In this document: positions 63,178-64,000 of the stretch, piece by piece
How the letters are laid out: each line of letters begins with the position of its first letter
Numbering within the stretch: the stretch's first letter is position 1
DNA from: Lama guanicoe
Taxonomy: Eukaryota
Direction: 5' to 3'
DNA: 64,000 nucleotides
Assembly: GCA_013239625.1 (NCBI GenBank)
Contig: MU054187.1
Coordinates: 2,303,757-2,367,756, forward strand
Notes under the pieces: generated by a model
Databases searched by the model: none
Told to the model about the DNA's origin: nothing
The model's input: the letters and a program-made list of their open reading frames with translations, nothing else
Made by a program: the position numbers and the translations under genes

Positions 63178-64000
63178 AGAGATCAGTCACCCCCATTACA
63201 CCAGAGAGCAGAAGAGGAGCCTTTTTTAGTCTCAGCACCAGGTACAGTCCCTGATAAATCACAGCAGTTTTCACTGTTTGTTTGTTAAACGAAGAATGAA
63301 TATTTGCTTCACTTGATGGGATTTTTTTCTATTTTGCCATTTGCCTTCAAAGAAAAAAAGTAGAACCTGAAGTTTTAAGATGCATTTCGTCCAGATGAAG
63401 TCATTCTTGTTTGCCTGTTTTTCAAACTGCATCTTGCTGGCAGAAAAGGACAAAGTAGAGAGGTCCCCAGGTGCACGCCCCCTTCCCCCGAAGCCGGCTG
63501 CCGCGACAGCGACACAGGAGCGCCCGACCCTCCACAGTGCGCAGGGCAGACACCGGGCCTGAGCTTCCCCTGCTGCACACGTTCCTCTCTCGCTACAACT
63601 TCCTGCCCTGCTAGCAGGCCATATGACTTCTGAAATGTACTTCACAGAAAATACTGAAATCTCACAAGATTTCCAACAAAGGCAAAGTGAACGAGAACTG
63701 AAAGGCAGACAAACAGTCTACCTTACAAGACGAGGCCAAGAACCAGCAAACTGAGGAGGTGGTGTTCGAGGTGTTCAAATGTTGCTCCTTCCAAACCAAG
63801 TGCCACGAGAGAGAGTCACGCCCGGAAGAGCAGCCCAGCGCCTCCCGAGCCGCCCCAGGCCTGGCCCCCCCGGCGGCCTCTCCCCGCTCTCCCCAACGCC
63901 TCTGCGCAGAACGCCCCGAGGGTGCCAACACCACAGCTTCTGGGTGTTCGGACCAGTTATAAACTACAAGTATGACCTGCAAGTAGCATGTGGCCTTGTT

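Noticed and set aside
60400..64000. The 54-nt alternative exon (KLRGSG...SSSD) and upstream ATP6V1H exons
   Set aside because: Searched by eye on the minus strand and not found; presumably beyond the right edge of the window.

Overview
Mammalian genomic DNA, most likely camelid: it carries tRNA-Ala(AGC)-derived Vic-1-type SINEs and I saw no ruminant Bov-A/Bov-tA or pig PRE-1 SINEs. The right half (about 31.1-64 kb) holds the last seven coding exons of ATP6V1H (V-ATPase V1 subunit H) on the minus strand. All introns are GT-AG, and the exons (98+193+179+126+102+114+61 nt = 873 nt) splice in frame to 290 aa plus TGA, followed by a ~300-nt 3'UTR with an ATTAAA signal. The 5' part of the gene lies beyond the window. 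The left half (1-31 kb) is intergenic: L1, L2, MIR, MaLR/ERVL/ERV1 LTR and DNA-transposon relics, plus a few CpG-rich or enhancer-like patches. Nearly all listed ORFs are spurious. I found no convincing novel biological system. The best second-look items are a TSD-bracketed chimeric L1, two substitutions at normally conserved ATP6V1H residues, a candidate in-frame 33-nt cassette exon, and an inverted L1 pair in one intron. Repeat subfamily names, human exon numbering and human sequence comparisons are from recall, and repeat boundaries are approximate.
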